A stretch of DNA of 64,000 nucleotides from Cytophagaceae bacterium (GCA_947494535.1 CANLVU010000001.1:2012-66011); one strand, 5' to 3'; numbered from the stretch's first letter, positions 1 to 11,545 are shown. Numbers and translations are program-made. Notes: generated from the sequence alone by a model not told the origin.

Positions 1-3000
1 GCTATTTTCAATAACTCCCAGTCTAACTGGTCCTCTAATCCGTGATCTTGTTCTTCTGACTTAAAGACAGCTACTCCCTCGGTTAAAGAAGCAGGAGCTA
101 AAATTGGACTTAAATCTAAATTTTTAAACTTCCAATGACCCGATAAGTCTTTCATCTCCAAAAGATCTACACGTCCCACCATCTCTTCTAATTTGCGGAA
201 ACCTAATTCAGCCATAATCTCCCGCAACTCCTGCGCTAAGAAGTGGAATAAATTCACCACATGATCTGCTTGACCTGTATATAATGCTCTTAATTCAGGA
301 TTTTGTGTTGCTACTCCGACTGGACATGTATTTAGGTGACATTTACGCATCATAATACATCCAGCAGTAACAAGAGCAGCTGTTGCGACACCAAATTCCT
401 CTGCTCCTAATAAAGCAGCTACGGCAATGTCTTTACCAGTCTTAATCTGTCCATCGGCTTGAATTGTTACACGGCCCCGTAGTTTGTTCTTCACTAAGGT
501 TTGGTGGGTTTCTGCTAAACCAAGCTCCCAAGGTAAACCCGCGTGACGAATAGAGGATAAGGGTGATGCTCCTGTACCACCATCATAGCCTGCTATTAAA
601 ATATGATCAGCATGCGCTTTTGCAACACCAGCAGCAATTGTTCCTACACCAGCTTCAGAAACTAACTTAACAGAAATTCTTGCTGCTCTATTCGCATTTT
701 TTAAATCAAAAATTAATTGAGCTAAATCTTCAATTGAATAGATATCATGGTGCGGAGGTGGAGATATTAAACCCACACCAGGCGTACTATGACGTGTTTT
801 TCCTATCCAGTCATCTACTTTATGACCAGGTAATTGACCTCCTTCACCCGGTTTAGCACCCTGGGCCATCTTTATTTGAAGCTCGGTGGCATTCGTTAGA
901 TAATTAGCTGTAACACCAAAACGACCAGAAGCAACCTGCTTAATAGCAGAATTCATCGAATCGCCGTTAGCCTTCTTTTCGAAACGAATCGGATCCTCGC
1001 CACCCTCTCCCGTATTTGATTTACCACCCATACGGTTCATGGCAATGGCTAAAGTGGTATGCGCTTCATAAGAGATGGAACCAAATGACATGGCACCTGT
1101 AGCAAATCGCGCTAATATGTTTTCTACCGGCTCTACTTCATCAATCGAGATCGCCTTACTGGACTTGAATTTCAATAATCCACGAAGTGTAATTGATTTT
1201 TTACTTTGATCATCAATTAGCTGTGCATATTTCTTATAAACAGAATAGTCATTCTGCTTCGTTGCCTGCTGTAGCAAGTGGATAGTAGCTGGATTAAATA
1301 AGTGCTCCTCTCCTCTTTGTTTCCACTGATAAATACCTCCAACTTCTAATTTAGGTGAATCTTGTTTTCTTAATAAATAACCAGAGGAATGTTTGATTAA
1401 CGCCTCTTTGGCAATAATATCTAAGCTAATACCTCCAATTCGGGAAATAGACCCACTGAAATAAGTATCCACCACCTCTTTACCTATTCCTAAAATTTCA
1501 AATATCTGAGCACCTTGATAAGATTGCAAAGTTGAAATACCCATTTTAGAGAAAATCTTTAACAACTCCCCATTAACGGCTTTGATATAATTGTATTCTA
1601 ACTTATCATAGCTCAAGTCCTTATTTACAAAGCCTTGCTCTTTCATAGCTTTGATGGTTTCAAAGGCCATGTATGGATTAATCGCACTAGCACCGTAACC
1701 AATTAAAGTAGCGAAATGGTGAGTCTCCCAAACGTCTCCTGCTTCAATAATGATACCCACTTTAGCTCTTTTCTTAGTGCGAATCAAATGATTATGCACA
1801 GAGGCCAAAGCCAATAAAGAAGGAATGGGCGCATGGGAACTATCGATTCCACGATCAGTCAATAAAATGATAGAATACCCATCATCTACTGCATCTTCGG
1901 CGTATTGATTAATACGATCTAATGCCTTCTTGAGAACACCTTCTTCTTCGGAGGCCCGAAAAGTCATGTGTATTGACTTCGTTTGAAAATCCTCGTGATC
2001 AATCCAACGAATCTTTTCAACCTCTCTGTTTCGTAAAACAGGTTGTTGAATCTCAATTTGACGACAATGTGTGGGACTTTCCTCTAATAAATTAGACAAC
2101 CCTCCAATGTCAGATAAAAGAGACATGACCATCCGTTCCCGAATAGGGTCAATAGGAGGATTCGTAACTTGAGCAAACAATTGCTTAAAATAGGAAGATA
2201 AATGCTGTGCCTTTTCAGACAATACAGCTAATGGAGTGTCAATACCCATTGAACCTAAAGCTTCCTTCCCTGTTTCTGCCATTTGAGCTAACACAACACG
2301 GATATCTTCAGTTGTAAATCCAAAAATCTGTTGTCTAGAAACTAATTCAATTGCCTTCGGTTGTCTATATTCAGAACCAGCTTCAGGTAAATCTTCTACA
2401 CGAATTTTATTTTTTAAAAGCCACTCACCATAAGGTTGTTGTTGGCAAATCTTCTCTTTTAATTCTTCATCCGGAATAATGCGACCTTGCTCCATGTCCA
2501 CTACAAACATTTTACCGGGCTGTAAGCGCCCTTTGGAAACAATTGTAGCAGGATCTAAGTCGAGCACACCTGCCTCAGAAGCCATAATTACGTGGTCATC
2601 AGATGTAACCCAGTAACGAGACGGACGTAAGCCATTCCTATCTAAAGTTGCACCAATCATTTTTCCATCTGTAAACGAGATACTGGCCGGACCATCCCAA
2701 GGCTCCATCATCGCCGCATGGTATTCGTAGAAATCCTTCTTGTATTTCTTCATGCTCTCATTCCCATCCCATGCTTCTGGTATTAACATCATCATGACAT
2801 GTGGCAAAGAACGACCTGTTAGATATAATAATTCAATTGCGTTATCTAAAATCGCAGAATCTGATTGTCCTAAACTACATACAGGAAGAATCATATCTAA
2901 TTCTTCTTGGGTAAAGTACTTACTTGAAAACAAAGCGGATTGAGCTTGCATCCAGGATGAATTACCTTTTACAGTATTAATTTCTCCATTATGTGCAATG

Positions 3001-3749
3001 AAACGAAATGGTTGCGCGAGTTTCCACTCTGGGAAAGTGTTCGTAGAGAAACGAGAGTGTACGATGGCCAAAGCCGAAGTAAAATTCTCTTGAAATAAAT
3101 CTAAAAAATAACCTGGAACCTGCATGGTTGTCAACATACCCTTATAAATAATGGTACGACATGACAAAGAGGCAAAATAGAATTTATTATTTAATCCAAT
3201 AATCGTTTCATTTAATAACTTAGATACATATTGTCTAAAAACGTAAAGCTTTCTCTCGAAATCAATTTCAGTAGAACAATCAGCAGGTCTTTCAATGAAC
3301 AATTGTTGAATCGATGGTTCAGCATTACCTGAATCAGCTCCTGAGATTTCAGCATTATCAACTGGAACTATTCTATAACCTAAAACACGCAAACCTAGTT
3401 TCTTCGATTTTCTCTCAATAACTTCCTTACACTCTTTAATTAATGTATCATCTTTAGGAAAGAAGACCATTCCTACTCCATAATTACCTAAGGATGGGAG
3501 AGAAAAACCTAATGACCCTGTTTCTTCTAAAAAAAATTCATGAGGCAATTGAACTAAGACACCTGCGCCATCACCAGAATTAGGATCACAGCCACAAGCT
3601 CCCCTATGATCCATGCGAATTAACATCTTAATCGAATCAGTGACAATACGATGTGACTTAATGCCTTTTAAACTAGCAATAAACCCAATACCACATGCAT
3701 CATGTTCAAATTCTTTTCTGTATAAACCTACTTCATTCGGATCTTTCAT
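1..3749 (-). CDS. gltB: Glutamate synthase large subunit (5' part; runs off the window's left edge, absent from the ORF track)
   Basis: Minus-strand translation from ATG 3749 gives [23 protein letters not shown] (N-terminal Cys of the amidotransferase). It also contains [45 protein letters not shown] and [19 protein letters not shown]. Confidence 0.97.
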   Translation of the reverse strand, partial: MKDPNEVGLYRKEFEHDACGIGFIASLKGIKSHRIVTDSIKMLIRMDHRGACGCDPNSGDGAGVLVQLPHEFFLEETGSLGFSLPSLGNYGVGMVFFPKDDTLIKECKEVIERKSKKLGLRVLGYRIVPVDNAEISGADSGNAEPSIQQLFIERPADCSTEIDFERKLYVFRQYVSKLLNETIIGLNNKFYFASLSCRTIIYKGMLTTMQVPGYFLDLFQENFTSALAIVHSRFSTNTFPEWKLAQPFRFIAHNGEINTVKGNSSWMQAQSALFSSKYFTQEELDMILPVCSLGQSDSAILDNAIELLYLTGRSLPHVMMMLIPEAWDGNESMKKYKKDFYEYHAAMMEPWDGPASISFTDGKMIGATLDRNGLRPSRYWVTSDDHVIMASEAGVLDLDPATIVSKGRLQPGKMFVVDMEQGRIIPDEELKEKICQQQPYGEWLLKNKIRVEDLPEAGSEYRQPKAIELVSRQQIFGFTTEDIRVVLAQMAETGKEALGSMGIDTPLAVLSEKAQHLSSYFKQLFAQVTNPPIDPIRERMVMSLLSDIGGLSNLLEESPTHCRQIEIQQPVLRNREVEKIRWIDHEDFQTKSIHMTFRASEEEGVLKKALDRINQYAEDAVDDGYSIILLTDRGIDSSHAPIPSLLALASVHNHLIRTKKRAKVGIIIEAGDVWETHHFATLIGYGASAINPYMAFETIKAMKEQGFVNKDLSYDKLEYNYIKAVNGELLKIFSKMGISTLQSYQGAQIFEILGIGKEVVDTYFSGSISRIGGISLDIIAKEALIKHSSGYLLRKQDSPKLEVGGIYQWKQRGEEHLFNPATIHLLQQATKQNDYSVYKKYAQLIDDQSKKSITLRGLLKFKSSKAISIDEVEPVENILARFATGAMSFGSISYEAHTTLAIAMNRMGGKSNTGEGGEDPIRFEKKANGDSMNSAIKQVASGRFGVTANYLTNATELQIKMAQGAKPGEGGQLPGHKVDDWIGKTRHSTPGVGLISPPPHHDIYSIEDLAQLIFDLKNANRAARISVKLVSEAGVGTIAAGVAKAHADHILIAGYDGGTGASPLSSIRHAGLPWELGLAETHQTLVKNKLRGRVTIQADGQIKTGKDIAVAALLGAEEFGVATAALVTAGCIMMRKCHLNTCPVGVATQNPELRALYTGQADHVVNLFHFLAQELREIMAELGFRKLEEMVGRVDLLEMKDLSGHWKFKNLDLSPILAPASLTEGVAVFKSEEQDHGLEDQLDWELLKI

Positions 3750-3843
3750 AGGAAACTATAAATATTCTAATATTAATAATAACAAATCTCAAACAACCTG
3801 AAATGCAAACGAAGTTATTTGAGATAGATAATATACCTAATTT

Positions 3844-3851
3844 CAAATTTA
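3844..3851 (-). promoter_or_regulatory. Candidate Bacteroidota -7 element (TAAATTTG) for gltB
   Basis: Matches TAnnTTTG on the minus strand about 95 nt upstream of the gltB start. Confidence 0.45.
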
Positions 3852-3949
3852 ATTAAAAATAAATTTGGCAAATCGATCTAATAGCAAAATATTCTTCTGA
3901 ATTGAAATTATCAGAAATGCGAAACAAAAAATCTTATTAAAGTGCAATT

Positions 3950-4384
3950 TTAGTCGTAATCCTCTCCATATGATTCCCCAAATTCGCTCTCTCCCTCGGT
4001 ATCATCCTCATCTTGAAACTCATTTTCAAGGTCATTTAAATAGATGGCATCCACTCCTTCTTGAACGGTATTAAGTAAGGTTAGATTCTCTATTTTAGCA
4101 GCATCTAATCTTTCTGCTATAGGTTCATTTTTAGTTATAACAACAAATAACCCTCCTTCGTTCGTACAAATTTTAGTGCCTTTGCGTATAGCAGAAACGC
4201 CATATCCATCTAAATCAGCAGTCTTAGTGAGATTTAAAATAATATTCGCATAGTCTTTCTTAAATAAAAGACGAATGGCATTTTCTAATTCTTCTGAATT
4301 TGTGGCCGATAATTGTTCAGCTTTCCAATCAATAACGGCATAACTTTCGTTTTGTTCGAGTTGAAATGAATTTACGTTAGACAT
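3950..4384 (-). CDS. STAS-domain protein (anti-sigma factor antagonist-like) with acidic C-terminal tail
   Basis: LSATNSEEL...IILNL...DGYGVSAI STAS pattern; D/E-rich tail. Confidence 0.8.
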   Translation of the reverse strand: MSNVNSFQLEQNESYAVIDWKAEQLSATNSEELENAIRLLFKKDYANIILNLTKTADLDGYGVSAIRKGTKICTNEGGLFVVITKNEPIAERLDAAKIENLTLLNTVQEGVDAIYLNDLENEFQDEDDTEGESEFGESYGEDYD

Positions 4385-5309
4385 TTTTTAAATACTGTAT
4401 GGTGTTAAAGTAAATACGATTAGTAAAATCTTCTTGTGGTTCTTTTTTGAATGCAAGGCCGGTAATTTCTTCGTACAATAAAATGTAGCGTTCTGAAATT
4501 TGCTGCACGAATTCATCGGTAATAGGGGGAATGCTTTGCCCCTCTTTTCCTTGAAAGCCATTTGCAATAAGCCATTCTCTTACGAATTCTTTTGATAATT
4601 GTTTCTGAGCTAATCCTTTTGCTAACAATTCTGAATAAGGTTCTTTATAGAAATAACGTGATGAATCTGGAGTATGAATTTCGTCCATTAACATGATTTT
4701 ACCATTATAAAGGCCAAACTCATATTTAGTATCCACTAAAATCAAATTCTTATCTGAAGCCATCTCCTGCCCTCTTTGAAATAATTGATGGGTTATAGCG
4801 CATAATTCGTCCATGTGCTCTTTTGAAACAATTCCTTGTTGAATGATCTCTGAAACGGAAATATCTTCATCGTGACCCTCGCTAGCTTTTGTAGTGGGTG
4901 TAATAATAGGTGAAGGTAACTGTTGATTCTCTACTAGACCTTCCGGTAAGCTAACTCCACAAACCTCACGTTTTCCTAATTTATATTCTCTCCAAAGATG
5001 ACCTACTAAATACCCCCTGATAACCATTTCTATAGCAAAGGGTTCGCATTTTAAACCAAATGCAACATTTGGATCAGGTGTGGCTAATAGCCAATTAGGA
5101 ACGATATCAGCTGTTTTTTGAAGAAAATAACTAGCTATTTGATTTAAAACTTGACCTTTAAAGGGGATCAATTTAGGTAAAACGACATCAAATGCAGAGA
5201 TGCGATCTGATGTGATCATTAATAAATGGTCTCCTATTCCATAAACATCACGTACTTTTCCTTTGTAAAAAGACGTTTGATTAGGGAATTGATAAGGTGC
5301 TGGATTCAT
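4377..5309 (-). CDS. purC: SAICAR synthetase
   Basis: YKGKVRDVY, SDRISAFD, LVDTKYEFG, DEIHTPDSSR and SKEFVREW motifs. Confidence 0.97.
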   Translation of the reverse strand: MNPAPYQFPNQTSFYKGKVRDVYGIGDHLLMITSDRISAFDVVLPKLIPFKGQVLNQIASYFLQKTADIVPNWLLATPDPNVAFGLKCEPFAIEMVIRGYLVGHLWREYKLGKREVCGVSLPEGLVENQQLPSPIITPTTKASEGHDEDISVSEIIQQGIVSKEHMDELCAITHQLFQRGQEMASDKNLILVDTKYEFGLYNGKIMLMDEIHTPDSSRYFYKEPYSELLAKGLAQKQLSKEFVREWLIANGFQGKEGQSIPPITDEFVQQISERYILLYEEITGLAFKKEPQEDFTNRIYFNTIQYLKNV

Positions 5310-5320
5310 GGTATGGCTAA

Positions 5321-5857
5321 TTAATAGATAAGATTCTTCTGCTTTTTCTTCATTAAATCAAGTAAAGATAAGGCTTCTTGCGTATTTATTTTTTGAGTTT
5401 GGCTGATCACTTGAGCTGAGGATGACTGTTTCTTCAATCTGCTCTGAGGAAAATTGATTGCGTATAATTCATAAGCTTTTACCAATGTATCTATATTCCC
5501 ATTTTTAATAATCGAATTATGTAGATCGTCTAAACCCTTTTTAGATTCACCATTTTGTGCTTCAATATGACTGTATAGAATGTCATTTGAAATTGAAAAG
5601 TCATTTAAAGCTAGTTGAATGGACTTTACATTTTTTTGATGTGTTTTTAATTCTAAAACAGCAATTAACTCTTCAATTTCTACATTGACAAAAATGGAAG
5701 AGTGCTGGATGGATTTAGCACTTACTAAAGCTTCCTTATATTGTTGTTTAGTTATTAACGTATTTAATTGACTTATTTGACCATTGTATTCTTGAGATGA
5801 TTTAGAATATAAACCATCATAGAATAGAATAAAAATATAAAACAGCGTAGAAAACAT
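5321..5857 (-). CDS. Hypothetical protein, possibly a highly diverged BatC/TPR-like protein
   Basis: N-terminal hydrophobic segment, helical body and C-terminal QEALSLLDLMKK; coupled to the upstream vWA-like gene. Confidence 0.5.
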   Translation of the reverse strand: MFSTLFYIFILFYDGLYSKSSQEYNGQISQLNTLITKQQYKEALVSAKSIQHSSIFVNVEIEELIAVLELKTHQKNVKSIQLALNDFSISNDILYSHIEAQNGESKKGLDDLHNSIIKNGNIDTLVKAYELYAINFPQSRLKKQSSSAQVISQTQKINTQEALSLLDLMKKKQKNLIY

Positions 5858-6535
5858 CTATATTTTTATGGCTTTCGTTGTAAAAACAATATCAATAAAC
5901 AGTAATAAAAGTATTGAAATCACAATATATACTTTTACAAAAGAGTTACCAATCCAACTTGATAATGCTCCCTTGGATGAGAAAAGTGAATTACCCTGTA
6001 TCTCTTTTGTAATAAAACTCCATTCAGATCCTTGTAACTTATAACTAATAAACTGATCATCTGCGGGTTTAAATCGTAGTTCATCTGAAAATATATGCTT
6101 TTGATGATTTATGGAAGACGTGTGAGTCTGTTCTACTAGATTGAGAAATGACTCATAATTTGTAGATGGTATAATTTGTTCAAAATTATCCAATTTAGAA
6201 TTATACAAAACTAATCCAAAATGACTGTTTTTAGGCAATTCTTTAAAATCATCCTGTAGTTTATTCCAAGTTAAACTAGAAGCATTAGCTGAAATAGCAA
6301 ACATAATTGAGTCCACCCTCTTACTAGATCTGTTTACTGAGTTAGTTAAATCAATCGTGTAAAAACAGAGAGACAGTAACGATAATAACAGGAGTAAACG
6401 AATAGAATACTTTAAAATAATCAGTCTAGAGACCTTAAACACCTTACCCCTGGCAATATAATATTTGTAACCAATCAACAAAGTTGAACAGAGAAAAATA
6501 CTAATCATTAAGGTTCCAATTTCTTTTAAATTCAT
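5858..6535 (-). CDS. Membrane protein, possibly a degenerate vWA (BatB-like) protein
   Basis: Two N-terminal TM helices, DSIMFAIS and HFGLVLYNS beta-strands, and a C-terminal TM helix; no DxSxS MIDAS motif. Confidence 0.5.
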   Translation of the reverse strand: MNLKEIGTLMISIFLCSTLLIGYKYYIARGKVFKVSRLIILKYSIRLLLLLSLLSLCFYTIDLTNSVNRSSKRVDSIMFAISANASSLTWNKLQDDFKELPKNSHFGLVLYNSKLDNFEQIIPSTNYESFLNLVEQTHTSSINHQKHIFSDELRFKPADDQFISYKLQGSEWSFITKEIQGNSLFSSKGALSSWIGNSFVKVYIVISILLLLFIDIVFTTKAIKI

Positions 6536-6593
6536 AAATGGGGGGAATTCAATAGAATTAAATTGTTATTTTTACAATTCTTTCAAAATTAGC

Positions 6594-7805
6594 ATGGATA
6601 TATTAAAAAGTAAGCGATTAGATCACTTAAAATATGAAATTCGCGGACCTGTTTATGATAAAGCAATAGCTCTTCAGAATCAAGGTTACAAAATCACTTC
6701 CTTAAACATTGGTAATCCAGCTGCATTTGGCTTTGAGACTCCTGATGAAATAGTTCATGATATAATCGTAAATATACGAAATGCCCAGGGATATGTCGAT
6801 TCTCGAGGTCTTTTTGCGGCGCGTAAAGCAGTGATGCAGTATTACCAAAATCTAGGTGTTAAAAATATATTAATAGAGGATATATACATTGGAAATGGAG
6901 TTAGTGAGTTGATTTCATTGGTGATGACTGCCTTGTTAAATACGGATGATGAAATATTAATACCTGCCCCTGATTATCCTCTTTGGACTACGGTAGCTGG
7001 TTTAGCAGGAGGTAAAGCGATTCATTATTTATGTGACGAAGCTGCAGATTGGGCTCCGGATTTAGCTGATATGGAAGCTAAGATAACTGTCAAAACTCGA
7101 GCTATCGTATTAATTAATCCTAATAACCCCACAGGAGCGGTTTACAGTAAGGAAACGGTTAAAAAAGTTGTCGCTCTTGCGGCGAAGCATCAGCTAGTTT
7201 TATTCGCTGATGAAATCTATGATAAAATTTTATTTGATGGAACTACCCACCATACGGCTGCCGGATTATCGGATGATATTTTAATTATCACCATGGGTGG
7301 TCTATCAAAAAATTATAGAGCAGCCGGATTTAGAGGTGGCTGGATGATTTTAACAGGAGCAAAACATAAAGCTAAATCCTATATTGAGGGTTTGAATTTT
7401 CTATTCAGTACACGTCTTTGTGCAAATGTTATTACACAATACGGTATACAAACTGCCTTAGGTGGCTACCAGTCTATCAATGATTTAGTTGCCAAAGAAG
7501 GTCGGTTGAAACGCCAAATGAACCTGGCCTACGAGCGAATGAATGCCATTGATGGTGTTAGCGTTGTTAAGCCCAGAGGTGCTTTGTATTTATTCCCCAA
7601 GATTGACTTATCTAAGTTTAATTTTGAAGATGACAATCATTTTGTGATGTCATTACTTGAGGAACAAAAGATTCTTGTTGTGGGCGGTCAAGGGTTTAAT
7701 ATTAAAGGAAAAGACCATTTCAGAATCGTGTTCTTACCACATGTGGAACAATTAGGTGTGGCTTTAGATAAAATTGCTCTTCACTTTGAAAATTACCGCA
7801 AATGA
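6594..7805 (+). CDS. alaA: PLP-dependent aminotransferase class I (AlaA/AlaT type)
   Basis: KYEIRGPV, LNIGNPA, NPNNPTGAVY, DEIYDKI and GGLSKNYR motifs. Confidence 0.9.
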   Translation: MDILKSKRLDHLKYEIRGPVYDKAIALQNQGYKITSLNIGNPAAFGFETPDEIVHDIIVNIRNAQGYVDSRGLFAARKAVMQYYQNLGVKNILIEDIYIGNGVSELISLVMTALLNTDDEILIPAPDYPLWTTVAGLAGGKAIHYLCDEAADWAPDLADMEAKITVKTRAIVLINPNNPTGAVYSKETVKKVVALAAKHQLVLFADEIYDKILFDGTTHHTAAGLSDDILIITMGGLSKNYRAAGFRGGWMILTGAKHKAKSYIEGLNFLFSTRLCANVITQYGIQTALGGYQSINDLVAKEGRLKRQMNLAYERMNAIDGVSVVKPRGALYLFPKIDLSKFNFEDDNHFVMSLLEEQKILVVGGQGFNIKGKDHFRIVFLPHVEQLGVALDKIALHFENYRK

Positions 7806-8545
7806 TCTTCAATGAATTTTCTAGAAAACAAAAGTTGTTTATATTCCTATTTGGGGTGTTTTTAACGAATGCAATCGTAGCAGAGATCATTGGAATTAAA
7901 ATTGTAAGTATAGAACGTACACTGGGATTTTCGCCACTTCATTGGGAAACACCTTGGGGAGAGTTTTGGGATTTAAATCAAACCGCTGGAGCATTGAATT
8001 GGCCTTTAGTATTCATTACATCCGACATTATTAATGACTATTTTGGGAAGAAGGGTGTGCGATTCATTTCCTTCACTACTGCCCTATTTATCGCTTTTTC
8101 CTTTTTTATTATCTATACTGCTACCTTATTAGTTCCTGCAGATTTTTGGGTAGATGTTAACAAGGGTTCAGAGAATTTTAATATAGATACGGCTTTCGCC
8201 AGAATTTTTCGTCAAGGCTTAGGTATAATTTTGGGATCTTTATCAGCCTTTTTAGTAAGTCAGATTATTGATGCGTTAGTTTTCGAAAAAATCAAATCTC
8301 GAACTGGTTCGAAGCACATTTGGCTGAGAGCAACTGGCTCCACCCTAATTTCTCAATTAATCGATAGTTTATTAGTGATTGGAATTGCTTTCTATCTTTT
8401 CGGAAATTGGACTTTTGCTCAGTGGATGAATGTTTCCTTCAATAATTACTTCTATAAATTCGTCGTTGCGATTCTATTTACACCTTTGCTTTACTTAGCT
8501 CACTGGATGATAGAGAAGTATTTAGCTGAGGAGAAAACGCTTTAA
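7802..8545 (+). CDS. Queuosine precursor transporter (YhhQ/VUT family)
   Basis: Multi-TM; SDIINDYFGKK, LGSLSAFLVSQIID and WLRATGSTLISQLIDS signatures. Confidence 0.88.
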   Translation: MIFNEFSRKQKLFIFLFGVFLTNAIVAEIIGIKIVSIERTLGFSPLHWETPWGEFWDLNQTAGALNWPLVFITSDIINDYFGKKGVRFISFTTALFIAFSFFIIYTATLLVPADFWVDVNKGSENFNIDTAFARIFRQGLGIILGSLSAFLVSQIIDALVFEKIKSRTGSKHIWLRATGSTLISQLIDSLLVIGIAFYLFGNWTFAQWMNVSFNNYFYKFVVAILFTPLLYLAHWMIEKYLAEEKTL

Positions 8546-9271
8546 ATTGTCAGCAATTACAGCCGTAGAAATTCCTACATTTAAGGATTCAGCATCTCCA
8601 AAAGCAGGAATCGTAATACGTTCATCCAATAGATTCATAATTTCATCTCGAATTCCCATGGATTCGTTTCCTAAAATGATAAAACCTTTATCTGGAAACT
8701 GATATTGATGTATATTCTCACCATTTAAAACAGCACCTATCTTTTTATATGCTTTATGCGTTTTGAAAAATGTAGGTAGATCTACATAAGTAAATTCAAT
8801 ACGCGAAAATGATCCCATGGAAGATATGATTACTTTGGGATTATAAAATTCTGTGCAATCCTCTGACAGCACTAATTGTTTAAAGCCGTACCAATCGCAA
8901 ATCCGAATAATAGTTCCTAGATTACCTGGGTCACGAATGCCATCTAAAACGATGGTGTAACGATCACTGATCTTAAATGGCGGGAATTGCTTTTGTTTCA
9001 CCACTGCCAAACCTATCTGGTTATTCACCAGTGTACTTAATTTTTGAATGCTCTCGGTATCCAATAAATAAACTGGGACGTTTGTATTCAGACTGATTTG
9101 ATTCTTAAGTGATACTTCTATTTCATTCAAGACAAAGAATTCAATTATAAAGTCAGATTTGATCAATTCAAGTAAGGACTTCTCCCCTTCTACTAAAAAT
9201 AAATCATTCTCTTTTCTTCCTTTTTTAGAATGTAGGGAATTAATTAACTTTATTTGTTTATTAGTTAGCAT
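8522..9271 (-). CDS. TrmH/SpoU family RNA 2'-O-methyltransferase
   Basis: IRDPGNLGTIIR, GNESMGI and ESLNVGIS SPOUT motifs. The start is probably ATG 9271 (MLTNKQIK) rather than 9286. Confidence 0.92.
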   Translation of the reverse strand: MLTNKQIKLINSLHSKKGRKENDLFLVEGEKSLLELIKSDFIIEFFVLNEIEVSLKNQISLNTNVPVYLLDTESIQKLSTLVNNQIGLAVVKQKQFPPFKISDRYTIVLDGIRDPGNLGTIIRICDWYGFKQLVLSEDCTEFYNPKVIISSMGSFSRIEFTYVDLPTFFKTHKAYKKIGAVLNGENIHQYQFPDKGFIILGNESMGIRDEIMNLLDERITIPAFGDAESLNVGISTAVIADNLKRFLLS

Positions 9272-9274
9272 CTC

Positions 9275-11542
9275 TTGAAGAATCAATCAATTATCGGTTT
9301 TATTGTACTTAGTATTGGTCTCATTTCTTGTGGTCAGTACCAAGCATTTAAAATTCCAAATCCCGTTATAAATCAAATTGATTTAATGGGTAATCAGCAA
9401 ATTTCTAAAGCTGAATTACGAACCAATATACTGGGTTTAAAGAATTCATACCGTCGTTTACTGCCTGCAAAATTATACACTTATCTGGGCATTAAAAGGA
9501 AAAGAAAAGATTCTCTTGAAATTAAGCCCAGTTTTATTCAATTCTTCAAGTCTCCCAATCCAAATTTTAGTTCCATTTGGTTAACAACAAATACAGCTCA
9601 AATACAGCGTTATTATCGTGAAAATGGCTTTTTAAATTCCAAAATCGAATCGAAATTAGATACTATTGACAACCTAGTCAATGTGACATTTGCCATTAGC
9701 GAAGGGGAAGCTAGTTATTTTACAAAACAAGATTCAGTTTCCGTGGATAACCCTATTTTGGCGGAACATGTTAACTCCTATTTGAAAGACAATAGCATCA
9801 TTAGACCGATGGGGCGTTTGCAATTATCCTTAATCAATAAAGAAAAGGAGCTACTAAGTCATCATCTTCGAAATGAAGGGTATTATTACTTCTCGCCTGA
9901 TGCAGTAGGTATACGATTAAATGATTTAAAAGATTCGTCTCTTCAACGTATATCTTTATACTACAAGATTCCTGAATTTAAGAATCGTTCTACAATAGCT
10001 AATTATGATAGGCTATATCGGATAGGTTTACCCGATTTTAGTATATCCGATCCTTTTGGCAATCCGGCTGAACGCCCACCTTTGAAAAGTCTGGCTAAAC
10101 TGATTAATCTGCACGAAGATGATTTGTATTCTGTAGATTTATTCAATCAAAGCTTAAAGAATATCTATCTAACAGATCAATTTAAGACAGTTTCTATACG
10201 TTTTGACACAACTAAAACTCGTTTATTTCCTAAGATTGAATTATTTCAAAATGAGAAATACAATTTCAGTTCAGAATTAGGCGGAAGTGTATTTCGTGGT
10301 ATACCTGGTCCATTTTTAACAAATTCCTTTAAAGTAAGACGTCTTTTCTCCAGTTTAGATTACTTCGATTTTTCAACGCGGATTGGTTACGAGGCACAGT
10401 CAGGATTTATCAACACGACTGAAACACGGAATAACCTAGAATTAAATGCATCTGCCTCTATCAATTTTCCATTTCTACACTTACCTAAATTTATTGTAGG
10501 AAAACTTGGATCTTACTATGGAGCTAAAACTTCTGTAGGGGTTGGTTTTGACTTTATCAACCGTCCAGAGTATCAACGAACTAACCTTAACGTATTTCAA
10601 AGGTATTCATGGCAAAAAAGTGAATACAACTTCTTCACTTTATCTTTAATCGACCTTAACTTGTTAAATACGCTATATCCAGAAACTTCTACATCAGACG
10701 CATTTAAATCCTATCTCGAGGAATTAAAAATTAAGGGCAATAACCTTTACCGAAGTTTTAATCCCAGTTTTGTAAGTAGCTTATCCTTTCAATACGTATA
10801 CCGTAATTTATTACCAAGCAATGAACTTAAAAGTGGTAGAATTTTTCAATTAGGACTTGAATCTGGGGGAACGACACTTAATTTTTTACCTAATTATAAA
10901 TTTAATTTTGTCACTGATTTATTAAATAATGGCCAAGAAATACAGTTTTATAGGTTTCTGCGAATAAATTTTGATTACCGCAAGTACAAAATGCTAGGTA
11001 GAAATCAAAAATCACAGATCGCCTTCAAACTTTTAGGAGGAATTGCCTACTCGTATGGCCAAGAAAATGATTACCAATTACCTTATGAAAAGAACTTCTT
11101 TATCGGTGGCCCTTCAAGTGTCAGAGCTTGGAAACCTAGACGATTAGGACCCGGAGCTTATGTCTCAGCTTCAAACTTAGTAGAGCAGCCTGGAAGTATC
11201 TTATTAGAATCCTCACTTGAATATCGATTTAAATTATTTCAATTATTTGGCCAAATGAATGGAGCCTTCTTCATCGATGCTGGTAATGTTTGGAATATGA
11301 CGCAAGGTAATACTGACCCAACTACGCAATTTCAATTAAGTGATTTTTATAATCAAATTGCGGTAGGAACTGGATTTGGACTTCGATGGGACTTTGATTT
11401 CTTTCTATTGCGACTTGATTTAGCCACGAAAGTCATCAATCCAGCAAACCCTGTAAATCAAAAATGGGTTTTGCCGCAAACTTCTTTCGAAGCTGGACAA
11501 AACCCAATTGAATTTAATATTGGTATCGGCTATCCTTTTTAA
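9275..11542 (+). CDS. BamA/TamA-family Omp85 lipoprotein (TamL-like)
   Basis: Lipobox LISC, POTRA-like segments, FFIGGPSSVRAW, DAGNVW, GFGLRWDF and C-terminal IGYPF. Confidence 0.88.
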   Translation: MKNQSIIGFIVLSIGLISCGQYQAFKIPNPVINQIDLMGNQQISKAELRTNILGLKNSYRRLLPAKLYTYLGIKRKRKDSLEIKPSFIQFFKSPNPNFSSIWLTTNTAQIQRYYRENGFLNSKIESKLDTIDNLVNVTFAISEGEASYFTKQDSVSVDNPILAEHVNSYLKDNSIIRPMGRLQLSLINKEKELLSHHLRNEGYYYFSPDAVGIRLNDLKDSSLQRISLYYKIPEFKNRSTIANYDRLYRIGLPDFSISDPFGNPAERPPLKSLAKLINLHEDDLYSVDLFNQSLKNIYLTDQFKTVSIRFDTTKTRLFPKIELFQNEKYNFSSELGGSVFRGIPGPFLTNSFKVRRLFSSLDYFDFSTRIGYEAQSGFINTTETRNNLELNASASINFPFLHLPKFIVGKLGSYYGAKTSVGVGFDFINRPEYQRTNLNVFQRYSWQKSEYNFFTLSLIDLNLLNTLYPETSTSDAFKSYLEELKIKGNNLYRSFNPSFVSSLSFQYVYRNLLPSNELKSGRIFQLGLESGGTTLNFLPNYKFNFVTDLLNNGQEIQFYRFLRINFDYRKYKMLGRNQKSQIAFKLLGGIAYSYGQENDYQLPYEKNFFIGGPSSVRAWKPRRLGPGAYVSASNLVEQPGSILLESSLEYRFKLFQLFGQMNGAFFIDAGNVWNMTQGNTDPTTQFQLSDFYNQIAVGTGFGLRWDFDFFLLRLDLATKVINPANPVNQKWVLPQTSFEAGQNPIEFNIGIGYPF

Positions 11543-11545
11543 GGA

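Noticed and set aside
2740-3801. Short plus-strand ORFs 2740-2943 and 3613-3801
   Set aside because: Antisense shadows of gltB.
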